A stretch of DNA of 36,409 bases from Perkinsus chesapeaki ATCC PRA-425 (GCA_013115145.1 JAAPAO010000361.1:1-36409), one strand, 5' to 3'; counted from the stretch's first letter, positions 11,268 to 22,959 are shown. Program-made: numbers and translations. The notes: a model not told the origin generated them from the letters alone.

Positions 11268-12220
11268 TCTATTTCCTTCATTTCCAGCTTATTTTGTAAA
11301 GATATCCTGCACTGGCCCTCGCAAGCTGCTGACAGCAGCTTGAAGTATCGAGAGAGTGTCGCTTTTTTCTCATTTATACCTCGTTTTCATCTGCATTTTT
11401 TGTCCAGAGTGAGTCGTAATTGAGTAATGGGAACCTTGGCCTTGAGTTTGAGCAGCTACGGACGTTAGCTGCCCGTCTTGATTTCATCAAACGAGTTTCC
11501 TTAGAAGACGTAGTCCAAAGTTACTTCGGCAAAGTATCCCTTCGTTGTCGTGCCCAAAACTTACGAGCTGTCGTTTCGAACTCCATTTATCGGTTCGGCC
11601 CCATTTGTATGCACATCCTAAGTCGTTTCGATCTGGCTTTACCAGGAAATAACGATGGCAAGGTGTGGGTTTTTCAAAAGGCCATTGTCAGTCGCTTGTT
11701 GTGATGCCAGGCTTGGAAACGATATCCCCATAACTCTTCCCATCTGAGTTGTCTACGTTTGTGTGCTGTGGAATTTTCGGAGCACCGGTTCCTCCATCAA
11801 CTGTAAGGCATATCTCTATAACGAATGCGATTTAGGCGTTCATTCGATAGTCTAACATGACCCCAAAGGGTGTAAACGGTATTGGTATACTCAGTTCCAT
11901 GATAGATAAGAAGGAAGTAGCGCTGTTACCCTCTGACGGTCCACCTAGCCCATCGCAAGGGGGAGACAAATTAGCTATGCAGCGCACAGCTGTGCATGCG
12001 TGCACGCCAGCCTCAGCTCCAAATCAGCAAGGCATCTCATCGTGTTTGGATCGCTTGAGTGTCCACTAGCTATTCTAAGCTTGGTGGATAAGCCTGGCTA
12101 GTCCACGAGATGGTCCGATGTATTTCGCCAGGGGTTTATTGGGGTTTAGGGACTAGTTAAACTTAGGGAGAGGGGAGGATTGGTTTTAATCATCGTTGGT
12201 TCAGTATTTGTTTGCCACTC

Positions 12221-13603
12221 ATGGTTTCTGACAAGCGTCGTGCTTTAGTCATCGGAGGTGGCTTCTCCGGTATGTTCGCCGCCAACGAGCTTAAGAGCCG
12301 TTTCGAGGTGACTCTCGTTGATGCCAAGGAGTACTTCGAGTACACCCCCGGTATTCTTCGTGCTTATGTCAAGCCTGGCCACTATGACGCCTTGTCGTTC
12401 ACTTACCAATCTATTCTTGAGCGCACTATGGGCATCAAGTTCCTCTGGGGTGAGGTGAAGGAGCTCGATGGCGAGAAGCAGATCGCCCACATCAAGCCTA
12501 TGTTCTCCGACCACACTGAGGAGGTTGCCTTCGACTACTGCGTGATCGCCGCCGGTTGCACTTTCGGTCTCTTCTCCAAGTGGGGTGAGTCTCTCTGGGC
12601 TCCCACTGTCAACGAGGGTGCCATCGCCGAGTCCGAGTGGAAGCATATTGATGAGCGTTTCATCGAGGGTCGTCGTCGTCATATCTTCGAGGAGCACGAG
12701 AAGCTCGCCGCCCTCAACAAGAAGAAGGCCAACGTTCTTGTTGTTGGTGCCGGTTTCATCGGTGTCGAGTGGGTTACTGAGCTTCAGCATTACTTCCCTA
12801 ACCTCAAGCTCACCATCATGGATTTCCTTCCTAAGTGCCTCGGACCTCTCCCTCAGAACGCCGCCAACTACTGCGACAAGTACATGAAGGATCATGGAAT
12901 CAAGTGCTACTATGGCATGAAGTACGCTCCTAAGGAGGAGGGATTCTTCCAGAAGATCGGTCTCAACGGTGAGCCTGACTGCACCTTCGTCTGCATCGGT
13001 ACCAAGGCCGCCAACTGGTTCATGCCTAAGGAGTGCTTGACTGGCTACAACCCCTTGGAGGAGGACAAGAAGGAGAAGGACCCCAAGAAGCGTGGCCCCG
13101 GTGGCGGAGGATGGATCCACGTCAACAAGCACTTGCAGGTTGTTAAGACTAACGAGGACGGTTCTCAGTCTCTCTGGGGTAACGGTCACATCTTCGCCGT
13201 TGGTGATTGCAACATGGTCCCCGACCTGCCGCCGATCCCGAAGATCTCCTATCCTTCTGAGGAGCAGGCTGCCCATGCCACTAAGAACATCAAGATCTTG
13301 GACCACCTCGAGCATAAGGGTAAGACCGTTGGAGGCTGCTGCGGGCTCGGTGGCGCCAAGGACCTCCAGACCACTTGGTGGCCTTGGGGCGCTGGCATGT
13401 TCGCCACTTCTCTTGGTCCTAACAAGGCTTGCTTTGTCATGGGAGCCAAGTCTGCTCCTGGCACTGGCCATATGGTTCTTTGGGGCAAGCTCTCTGCCAT
13501 CCAAAAGGAGCTTATTGAGTCCACTAAGGTTAACGAGAACAAGCGTGGCATCATCGGTTCCTGGGGTTGGCATTTCGTCCATCACACTCCCTTCATGAAC
13601 TAA
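12221..13603 (+). CDS. AIFM2/FSP1-like oxidoreductase, copy 3 (intronless, 460 aa)
   Basis: Collinear with copy 1 at an offset of 3977 nt, with the same motifs. Confidence 0.88.
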   Translation: MVSDKRRALVIGGGFSGMFAANELKSRFEVTLVDAKEYFEYTPGILRAYVKPGHYDALSFTYQSILERTMGIKFLWGEVKELDGEKQIAHIKPMFSDHTEEVAFDYCVIAAGCTFGLFSKWGESLWAPTVNEGAIAESEWKHIDERFIEGRRRHIFEEHEKLAALNKKKANVLVVGAGFIGVEWVTELQHYFPNLKLTIMDFLPKCLGPLPQNAANYCDKYMKDHGIKCYYGMKYAPKEEGFFQKIGLNGEPDCTFVCIGTKAANWFMPKECLTGYNPLEEDKKEKDPKKRGPGGGGWIHVNKHLQVVKTNEDGSQSLWGNGHIFAVGDCNMVPDLPPIPKISYPSEEQAAHATKNIKILDHLEHKGKTVGGCCGLGGAKDLQTTWWPWGAGMFATSLGPNKACFVMGAKSAPGTGHMVLWGKLSAIQKELIESTKVNENKRGIIGSWGWHFVHHTPFMN

Positions 13604-13666
13604 TTCTAGTTTCTAGGAGTCTCTTTTGAGTAACTGTCCGTACGTGACTACTTTTGCTCGCATTTG

Positions 13667-14017
13667 TTATAACATAGCTGTTCCTATGCGTGAGCAACGA
13701 CCGATTGTTGAGTTGTCAAGTTTGCCTGGGAAGTGATAACGGTAAACGGGATATTTGTGATTTGTCCATCGTTGCGTCTCGCGTACTGTTGAAGAAAAGC
13801 TGAGGTTTTGGGCAAGTTGTGTAACTTTGAGTTCGTTGGAGGAAAGCTTGAGCATCTTTTGAAGGTTAAAGGATTCCTTCACCTGCTTCATTTCCTGCAT
13901 AACACAAACAATGCAGCAACTCAGACTCCAATGAGAAAAGGTTTCCTCTTGTACAGAGATTGTGTACGGATTGTACGCGACCCCAAGTCGTTCGAGTATT
14001 TCGAGCAAACTTATCAT
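13667..14017 (-). CDS. Possible small hypothetical protein
   Basis: Open frame MISLLEILERLG...EMKQVKESFNLQKMLKL..., with plausible GT-AG pairs. No homology recognised. Confidence 0.25.
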   Translation of the reverse strand: MISLLEILERLGVAYNPYTISVQEETFSHWSLSCCIVCVMQEMKQVKESFNLQKMLKLSSNELKVTQLAQNLSFSSTVRETQRWTNHKYPVYRYHFPGKLDNSTIGRCSRIGTAML

Positions 14018-14133
14018 TCTTAAAACTTGTCTCGATCCTCCAAATCCTAACCAACTAACGCAAAGATTCAAACTTATGAGAGGTGCTAAGAAACGTGGCA
14101 GTGGAACAGATACAGGGGGTATCAGTGTAACAG

Positions 14134-15781
14134 TTATGTACAAGCTGGTGTATCAAGAGCAATCTTCTTCTCTGGGCTGGTTGCCTCAGCCTCGTCGTTC
14201 CGGGCCTCGTCCATCTCCTTCTTTCGAAGAGCCTTGCGTTCTGATCGGCTCAATCGCCGATACTCTCGCTTTCTACCTCCTAGTGTTGGCCTGCAGCAGA
14301 GCATCGCATCCTTCAGTCGTCAGTGCCCCGAACACCTACAGCTCGTCCATCCCTTCCGGTTTTTCGATTATCTTCTTTCGTATGAGATCACTCTTGGATA
14401 AAAGTGGTTTCTGATGACGCCAGTAGTATCCCCTAGAAGGCCAGGGTTCCTCCTCGACGTCAGGATGCGCCAGGTCCTCCTTCACGAGCTTATCGAGGGC
14501 ATCAACTGCGGCTGAAATCCTAAACGACCGTTTCAATTCCTTCCCAAACCGAAACTTGCTACTCTTCCAGGCTATGCGCGCCTCCGAGTTTTTCACGAAC
14601 TTCGATGAACTTCTGTAATGGCGCGTAAAGCATACGGAAAGCATGGCTTTTGATGCATCTTGGTGGCGCCGTGTGAGGATATCGCTTAGCGAATTCAATG
14701 TATTCCTTCACCAGTTCACATTGGCTTGGAGCTGGATGCTCCTTCTCGAGACCCACGAACAACGTGGGGAGCTCTAGGATACACTCCGAGCTCATTACTG
14801 CATCACACTTGGTGACCTGTCTTAGCGATCGATCATGTTGAATGATGACCACCTCCTCACCTCGAAGCACTTCTCGACGTCTTCGAATGACGATATCCCG
14901 CCATTGACGATAAAAGGGACATCAGGAACGCAGGCGCGAACCTCCGCGGCAGATTCCCACCAGCACGCTTGGGTTAATTGGCCTAATCCATAGCATCCCC
15001 CCAACTGCGACCCCAGCGAGCGATCCCGACGATATCACCTTTCCATTCCTTAGTGCGAGGATGCAATGCGATTAAATCCACACCGAGGGCATCTAATCGC
15101 CTCACGAAGTCCTTCGTGGCCTCAATGTCTGGCTTTCCAGAACCATCATCGTCCTTGGCGGTCATGAAGCGAATCTTCACCGACACCGGACAGTCGAGGC
15201 CCTAAGGATGCCCCATTCAAGCGTACCCCTCCCTGACCAAAACTACATTAACCATTTTTTCCACTATACCAAGAACAAGCCCTGGTTCCTCCAACAGGAA
15301 GCTGCCATAATGACCCCTTCTGGCTATCCCTTGAGGGCATCCAAGGTTAAGATCAACGCAAGACACCTAGCTTCATATGTAACAGCCCCACGCCGCAGTT
15401 CACCCACCTGGTCCTGTATGTGCTTAGCGGCCTCAACAATGACATCACCGTTGTCGCCACAAAACTGCGCCGCTAGTGGAGAATCCCCTTCGGCCTGTAC
15501 CGTATACTGCATACGCCACACCAACCGTAATCCACTACTACCGTCTCGAAGTTTTTATCCCGGTATTTCTTAGAAGTCGCAAATGACTTGGCATGCATCA
15601 TAGGAGTGTAGCAGAGCTCAGCGCCGTACCTGCAGATACAGCCTTGCGACCTCAACTGCTGCTGCCTAACCCTCGACTACTTTCGTGTCATCATGCGGAA
15701 GGCGAGCTCGCTCTGATCGACCATCGGTGCCGTGACATACCGCGGAGAACCGATCGACCTCCACCAATCATATCTAGACAT
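14134..15781 (-). CDS. DUS1: tRNA-dihydrouridine synthase, DUS1-like, multi-exon
   Basis: [44 protein letters not shown]; [10 protein letters not shown]; VSVKIR; LHPRT; [17 protein letters not shown]; [10 protein letters not shown]. Basic C-terminal tail. Confidence 0.9.
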
Positions 15782-16031
15782 ATTCCCCTACCATCCATGA
15801 CCTTGCGGAAATACCCCTACCGATGGAGGCGTTCATTTCTACCAGCGCTCGTCGCTTGGGCTTCAGACGGGCCCGAATCGGACATATTAATACGAGAGAC
15901 TGCCGTCCCCCTTTTTATAGCTTTAATGACTCAGTACGCAACAAACTGCTATTCAAAAGTCCGACGGTTGAGCCTGGGACGATCTGGCTGACCCGGAGTC
16001 AGCGTGAAAAAAGCCTGCCTAGAGCAGGAAT

Positions 16032-18000
16032 CTATGTAGTAGATGACGATCTGTAATACCTGCCAAGACTCTGTCAGCGTGCCCAGACCGGAGTACTACT
16101 ACCAGTAGACAGGGGTGTCGAATCCATTAAAGTTAGTGGCAGCTGCGGTGGTGTAGGCCCCCATGTTCCTCCATAGGAGATGGTCACCGATTTCCAACTC
16201 GGGGAGATGGGTTACATCTTTCATAATCATATCGAATCCATCACAAGTCGGACCGAAGAGCACGCAAGTAGGATTGGCATCCGTCGACTTGCTACGACCC
16301 TCCACCCTAAACAACAAACATCAATCAACTCAACTGGCGCAATTCCCCTACTCCTCAACAAGAACTTCAGGCCACACCTGTTGATGATCGAACAGCACGC
16401 AGTTGAAAGAGCCATACAAACCATCATTATTATACAATCTAAAACAAAGAGTCCCAAAAGCGGCACTCCATCCACCCCCACCTAGTGATGGACTTGAGCT
16501 TGGGCTCTCCCATATCTTCACAGCTGCTACTGCCGCTGTCTGTAGTGTCAACCTCACTGATAGTCGTCTGTGTAACAGCGGGCGATACCACTACATTCTT
16601 GGCATAGATCTTGGTGACCAATGCGCAGGGACTGCAGGCAAAATACCTGATGAAAATGAGTGACAGCTCCCCCACTGGGACACGAGTTACCTGCCAGGCT
16701 CTGCTATGACTTGGACATCCTCAGTGTCAGGAAAAAGAGTATCGAGCAGCGAATTAATGACCGTGGCCATTGACTTGAAGGTCACAGAAGAACCTTCAAC
16801 AAGAGCTGCAGGCAGCAAGTGACTCAAGCTTCCTAACCTTCCTTATCTACACCTTGGAAGCCGCCACCGATATCCAAGAGAGACAACTTAATACCATAGC
16901 GAGAACTAGCAAGACATACATACCCTTTAGGGGCACAGCAAAGAATGCCTACGCAGCAGCGTCGAAGACTTCACGAGCGTCAACCAGCGCCTTGGTTACG
17001 GCGTGAACATCCGAGCAGCCAGAACCGACATGGAACGATACTCCAACAACTGAGAAATGACGAGACAATGGTGTAGTTTGGTTCACCTACCAGTAAGACC
17101 ATGACTGATAGCTTCCTCTAATAACACAGTAGTAGCAACCCCAAGGGAAGCACCGAACTTGGCGCTCATAGGGCACTGAGCACTTGAATCCACGCAGGCC
17201 AGACGAAGCAAGATCTTAGCCTCCGGGAAGTACTGGGCAATCTGCAGACATGAAATACTTCTAACGTAACGTGCAGCACGACCTCACCTTAGCAATCTCG
17301 AAGGCCGAGTCGGCTACGAGATATCTAACACCTAAGTCTCGAGCACCAGCCAACTGGGATGGTAACTTGGTAGGATTAGCGTAGACAACATGAGACGACA
17401 TGAGTTCCTACATAGACAGCGGTGGAGAGGGTATATATCGGTCCAGAGGTCTTACGCTAATACACTCTTCGTCAACATCTGGGCCCGCCTCGTCACGAAG
17501 TATCCTTCTTACCAGCTTCATCTCATTGACGGTGGCGCAATCGAATCTACAACCTAGACCGCGAAGGGTCTTGACGAGCATTGGCTCTGGGTTGCATTTC
17601 ACCGCATAATACCTATCACAATAAGGTAAGCACAAGTAAGAAGCTGGTTAATACCACAGACACTTACGGAGTCACACGAGGCAACAGATCTTTCCACTGT
17701 TTCATCTGATGCTCGACACGACCTGCGACAACAAAGATGCCACACTAATGGAGGTGGCGACTTACTTAGGTTGAGGAGCACAACAGGCACGTCCGGGTTG
17801 CCCATATCCTTTAGGGCTTCCCCAGCAACGTACTGCAGTGGGTCATGAGACTTAGGCACTGAAAAGAGCAATCTGACAACACATGGGAAGCACAACGCTT
17901 TACCTTGAATATCGGGAACGACATCTTGTTCAACGATAGGAGCAGTGCAGCTAACAGAACTAACTTTGCGATCAATAGGCTTCCAGTTGGTGATGACCAT
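16032..18000 (-). CDS. ODC1: Ornithine decarboxylase (group IV PLP-dependent decarboxylase), multi-exon
   Basis: Motifs PYYAVKCN (PLP lysine), FDCA, YANPTK, KFGA, SFHVGSG, LDIGGGF, IAEPGRYF, NDGLYGSFNC, FGPTCDG and NMGAYT occur in order. Substrate specificity is inferred. Confidence 0.92.
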
Positions 18001-18199
18001 CGACTTCAGGGTTACGAGCGTCAGGAACGGTCGGCGACGGCGATCAAACGGTAAGTAGAGAGGGGTGCGGGGTGCATAAACGGCTGAACAATGGCAAATG
18101 ATTATTTATACCACATAACACAACAGCATTCAAAGCAACGTGCATACGGGAGCAATGGTAGTATTATAATGGACACTATGAGGCTCGTTGACGATCCTC

Positions 18200-18456
18200 T
18201 TAATCAGTAGCTTGGTCAGGTGGAGTGTTCTGCTGTTGATGGGCGGCCACAGCAGCGGCAGCGGCTGCGTTCATGTGCTCGAGGGCCCGCCGATCTAAAC
18301 GAACTTTCCGTATTTCCTCTTGCCTGAAGACAGCCAGAATTGAATGACGAATTGAAAGGCTACTCACCTGAGGGCGATCTCTAGCTTGAGTTTCTCAATT
18401 TCGAGTTGTTCAAGTGACAATTGCGTGAAGTCGAAGGGCTGATCGAGATAGACCAT
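18200..18456 (-). CDS. Two-exon 70-aa coiled-coil microprotein (orphan)
   Basis: Exon 1 (18456-18368) and exon 2 (18323-18200) are joined by a 44-nt intron, gtgagt...ttcag, that preserves frame. Product: MVYLDQPFDFTQLSLEQLEIEKLKLEIALRQEEIRKVRLDRRALEHMNAAAAAAVAAHQQQNTPPDQATD*. Confidence 0.6.
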
Positions 18457-19229
18457 CTCCTCAATTGACGGCACTGAAACAAGCAAGCATCAACTGAAGC
18501 CAAACGGAACGGCAAGTCCCTGGCGATTTCCCGTCTTCCTTACGCCCCGCTGTCACGTCCACGTCAGTTGCGTCCATCGTCGATCTTCAAGACTGCCAGT
18601 GGTGCGCACGCGTCAACCTGCGCGGTTACCGATCAGCATGGCGAGCGCTTAGTTTGGCGGCGCAACGTAGCCCCCGATACCGATAATTTCAGAATTCGTT
18701 TACTGAACAACCCGTTCATGGCTCCGTCCCCACTTGAGTGTAAGGGTTGGCTGTATTCTTCTTTAGTTGATAGACCCGTCTATAGCTAATCTACATTCTC
18801 CTATGGGTATACCTGCCCACTGCTTGGTAACACACTTTAATCGGTTCGATGATACTCCTATATGCTTCATGCACATGTTTTACGGTACTGGATAATTGTT
18901 TAGGATCATATCAGTGAAGTCATACAGTTCTGAATGATACTTTTTCACCAGCCAGGAAGTGTTTGACAATGTTATGGGGCACCCTTTAGCAGCGGACCGT
19001 GAGCCTCAGACATTCCCCTTGTACATCGCAAATAACGTCCCCTGGTGGGTGCTGTCTAACTTCGGGCAGTATTAATAGTAAATTCAAGGAAGATCAGCAA
19101 GCCCGGGGTTTAGCGGGCGTCACAGTGTCGGAGCGAGTCTTACAGCGATCTGTACAATTCATCATTGCGTTGCTAGTGTCAATCTCGTTCGGACCTTGGC
19201 GGATAGGAGTCCTCGGCTTTGCTGGAAAC

Positions 19230-22200
19230 ATGCCCCCTGCTCGTCGAGCATCTAGGGCAGCTAAGGGAGGGCCACAGGCTAAGAAAAAACGAAGAGAAAG
19301 TCAACAGCAGCAACGGGAGCTTATGGAAGCTCTCATAGGTAGTAGGTCGGTGGAGATGGCGGCGCGGAGATTGACAAGAGCAGGCCGGAAGGTTAACATG
19401 AAAGCGGGGAGTCATGTACATGTTGGGGTGGTTCGAGGGGTGGTACTTTATGAAAGGGAACATCTATTGGATGTCTTGTGGGATGTAGGAATAGCTTAGG
19501 ATGGCAGAGGGCACTGCAATGAATTAGGACGGTGATGAGGAACTAATGTCTTACAATCGAGCTACAGGCTGTCTGCTACCTGCTGAAGGGGAGGTCAACG
19601 ATCACCGTGGTAGTGAGGATGGCAAGGATAGGGACGCTAGCACGCCTACTGGGCGAAGCACTCGAGCTACATCGACCAGAGCTCGACGTGGCCGTCGCCC
19701 TCGGAAACAGGCAAGGCAGGACGCTCCTGAGCCAAATACCAGAATCCAGCCAGCAAGTCCTAAAGTGGTTACGGGTAAGTCGGTGGCAGGGAATCACGTA
19801 GCTGTATCGGATTTAGAGGACGCCCCATCCATTTCGGAACCGAGCGTTCCCACAGAGTCGGCTGCCACTACCCGAGGGAGAGTGGTGATGGTAAGGGCCC
19901 ACCACAGGACGAGGACTTCCTCATCTGACTGCCTACTGCCTGAGCTCTTCATGGCTCGCGACACCAAGGGATGCACTACTTACCCGTCTGGTAGGCGCCC
20001 ATACGCTCCTTATAGTATTCACAGTGGCCCGCAGAGCCACGTGGTGCTGCATGTCAGCCTCAGCTCGAGGGGCCGACGCTGGCGTTGAGGCGCCTAGCCA
20101 AAGCTGGGTCGCTGGCACCGGCTGACCTACTCTCCTCGGCTTTGAAGGCGCTGCTGGATTTGGTGCTTGGCGCAGCTGATATGACCTTCAAGGACTACGT
20201 ATGTGTCCGAAAGCTGCAGGGTATCGTGGCGCGCGACGCTGAGGAAGGGATGGCCATGTCTGATCTATCCACCACGCTGCATTATCTCTGCACACTTGCT
20301 GTTGAAGTCGCCAGTCTGAAGAGTGCGAGCTCGAAGTTCTCCATTGAGGGGGAACTGGACTACGGTGACTACCTTCTCAATAAGGTGGTCGACACCAGCG
20401 CCCAGGGAGCGCTGCACGAGGCATCGCTGTGGTTCGATGGCCCGGAGGGATGTAAGAGCCACTGGGGTGAGAAGGACCCAGTGATGGCAGTTACCACCCA
20501 GGAAGTCTGTGAAGCCTTCGAGAGGAGGGTAAGAGCTAGAAGGGCTGTCGATGATGAGGAGGAGGAGGAGATTGTGTCCCCGACCAACAGGCCATGTCCC
20601 ACTGCCGTCCTAGGAAAAGTGGTAGCATCCTTAACAGCCATGTGTGAGGTGTAATCAACCGGTCAGTTGGAGGATCTGCCTGCCGATGAGAGCTTCAAGC
20701 CGTTGCCGTCACAAACTGATGAAGCGGAGCAGATGAGCGACGGGGAGGAGAGGCCTTTGGGATACTCCCTTGTGGTTGACTCCTGCCAGGATGCCACCCT
20801 CAGGCGGTAGGAGATGGTCAGCAATGAGTCGGACATGATCTCGGTATAGGTACATTAGACGGAGCCATGACTTCATGCCAGAGGGTGGCAAGCCAGTAGA
20901 GCGCACTATAAGGGAACTCCAGAGCTTTGTGAGGAGGAAGACAGCACCGAAGAGATACACTCAAGGAGGCAACAGCAGCAGCAGCAGTGATGGGCAGGAG
21001 GGCTACATAGAGGAGATGGCACTCGCCAACGGAGGGGTTGTTAATATAAGCGCTGTTACGGCAGGTGAGATAGGCTGATGTTGTGGCCGGGGGAAGGTTA
21101 AGGCTGGTTCAGGCTGCAGCTCGAGGCCCCAGGCAGTTCTCTTTAAAGCTCTGTGTGATGCCAACGGGATATCATGTCGATTGGTGGGGAAGTAGTGAGC
21201 GCAGCGGGGTAGCTATGGTCGCAGGTTAAACAGGAGGATGGCGTCTACTATAACAGTGTACTTATCCGAGATCGTGTTATTGAGGACGATACCGTGCCTG
21301 TGGAGGAAGGGGAGGAGTCCGAAGATGTGCGCTCCTACTGATTGATGAGTTCACCAACCTTTTCTGCAGGGCCAGCCGATGATGGACATGGATGAAGAGG
21401 AGGAGGACGACTCAGATTTTGAAGAGACTAGTGAAGCTCCTTCGTCCAATGCTGGTGAGGATGATATCTCCCACAAGGCTCTCGAAGCCGTCTATCCCAT
21501 CACATGGCACACCGGACCTGGTACACTTCTGCTGCTACCAAGTGCATTTCATCACTTTAGTCAGATACACCATCGCCAATGAGTTCGCCTGGTGGGGCAT
21601 GCCCGTCGCTCTTAGCAGCGGCTCGAGAGCTGTGTAGGCACCCTCTTGATAGGCTCATCATCGGTAGACCCACTGGTACGGTAGACCCCGTTGTCACCTC
21701 TCCTCCTATGTTAGATGCTGGGGAGGCAACATCGACCAGCTCCATTAATTTGGATGAATACTTGGAGTTCACCACTCGTATCGGCAAAGTGATACAGAAA
21801 CTGAAGGCGTGAATTTCATGGCGCGCGGTCAGGGCTCCTTCGGAGAAGTCTGGAAGGTTAAACTATTGGCATCGGAAGGCTCAGATGAGGAGGCGCTGCT
21901 GGCCCGTCCCAGTCCCACTGGAGAGTACGCTTTGAAAATGGTGCCCGAGGCCCATATCGATGAAGAAGAGGGAGAAGTGTGGTAGCAGTTCACCGGCCTT
22001 GTTGTATCCTATCGTGTTAGCTAATGAGAGTTTACTGTTCCTGTGGCCATCCATGCATCACCGAGGTCGTCACTGTGTTCTATGGTCATCAGCAGTTGCC
22101 ATCAAGACGGAAGGGCAGCCACCATGTGGAGCGCTTCTGGTGCTGTCTTATGAGTGTGGAGGATACCAGCCTGGAAGTCCTCCTAAAGGCCAGGGACAAG

Positions 22201-22959
22201 TAGGAAATTATCTGCCTCTTTTCTGGCACAATCGTCAGGTACGTTCGGAAGCATGAAGGGGACGAAGTCCGCCCAGAGGAAGTGCCAGTTCTATTGGACC
22301 TCCGATTCACATTCCGCCTCCTCATTGACACAGCGTTCGCTATGATGTTCCTGCATACTAGCACCAAGAATAGGGTACGCTACCAGTTGCAGCAGCAATG
22401 ATACCTCACAGAACAGCCATCAGGACTACGTACTCCACCGAGACCTCAAGCCAGCAAATATACTCCTCACCAAACGAGATGCTTCGGCGGTCTACCGAGG
22501 TGATTGGTTATATCGCATCCTGTTGCCATGGGCTTCTTCAGCTCGCCTTACCGACTTCGGCGTGGCACGAGCCAACCCAGGCCAGGACACTAACATGACC
22601 ATCGGCCTTGGTAGGAGGAGCAGGGCACTGATATCGAGTGATAGCGTTGGGCAGGCACTGATGGTTACATCGCTCCTGAACAGCACGGCATCGAGTACGA
22701 CAGACCTGCCGACGTCTGGAGCTTTGGCGTCACCTTGGCTAGGATATGTGGCTTGGATTCGTGGAAGGATGTTGCTGTTACGACAACCCATCATACACAC
22801 CACCCAGGAGGAGGAGGAGCCCCTCCACCTGAACCCATGCTGAGATTCCCACCGGCGGCCGACCCCTTCCTGTGTGAACTCTGTCTACAATGTATCAGCA
22901 GACAGCCATTGAGGCGGCCCACGTTCAGGGATATCTATCGGTCTCTTATCACCGAGTAG
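19230..22959 (+). CDS. Large multi-exon protein kinase (TKL/MAP3K-like C-terminal domain, long unrecognised N-terminus)
   Basis: Kinase motifs IGK|GSFGEVWK, YALKMV, HRDLKPANILL, LTDFGVAR, GTDGYIAPE, DVWSFGV and RRPTF. Upstream exons can be linked in frame, but a single-gene model is inferred. Confidence 0.75.

Noticed and set aside
11420-11704. 94-aa ORF between oxidoreductase copies 2 and 3
   Set aside because: It has a non-ATG start, no similarity to the flanking paralogs and no transposon hallmarks seen.
18000-18456. Antizyme-like +1 frameshift gene next to ODC
   Set aside because: No antizyme-type frameshift site or antizyme-like second ORF was seen. The small gene is explained by ordinary splicing.
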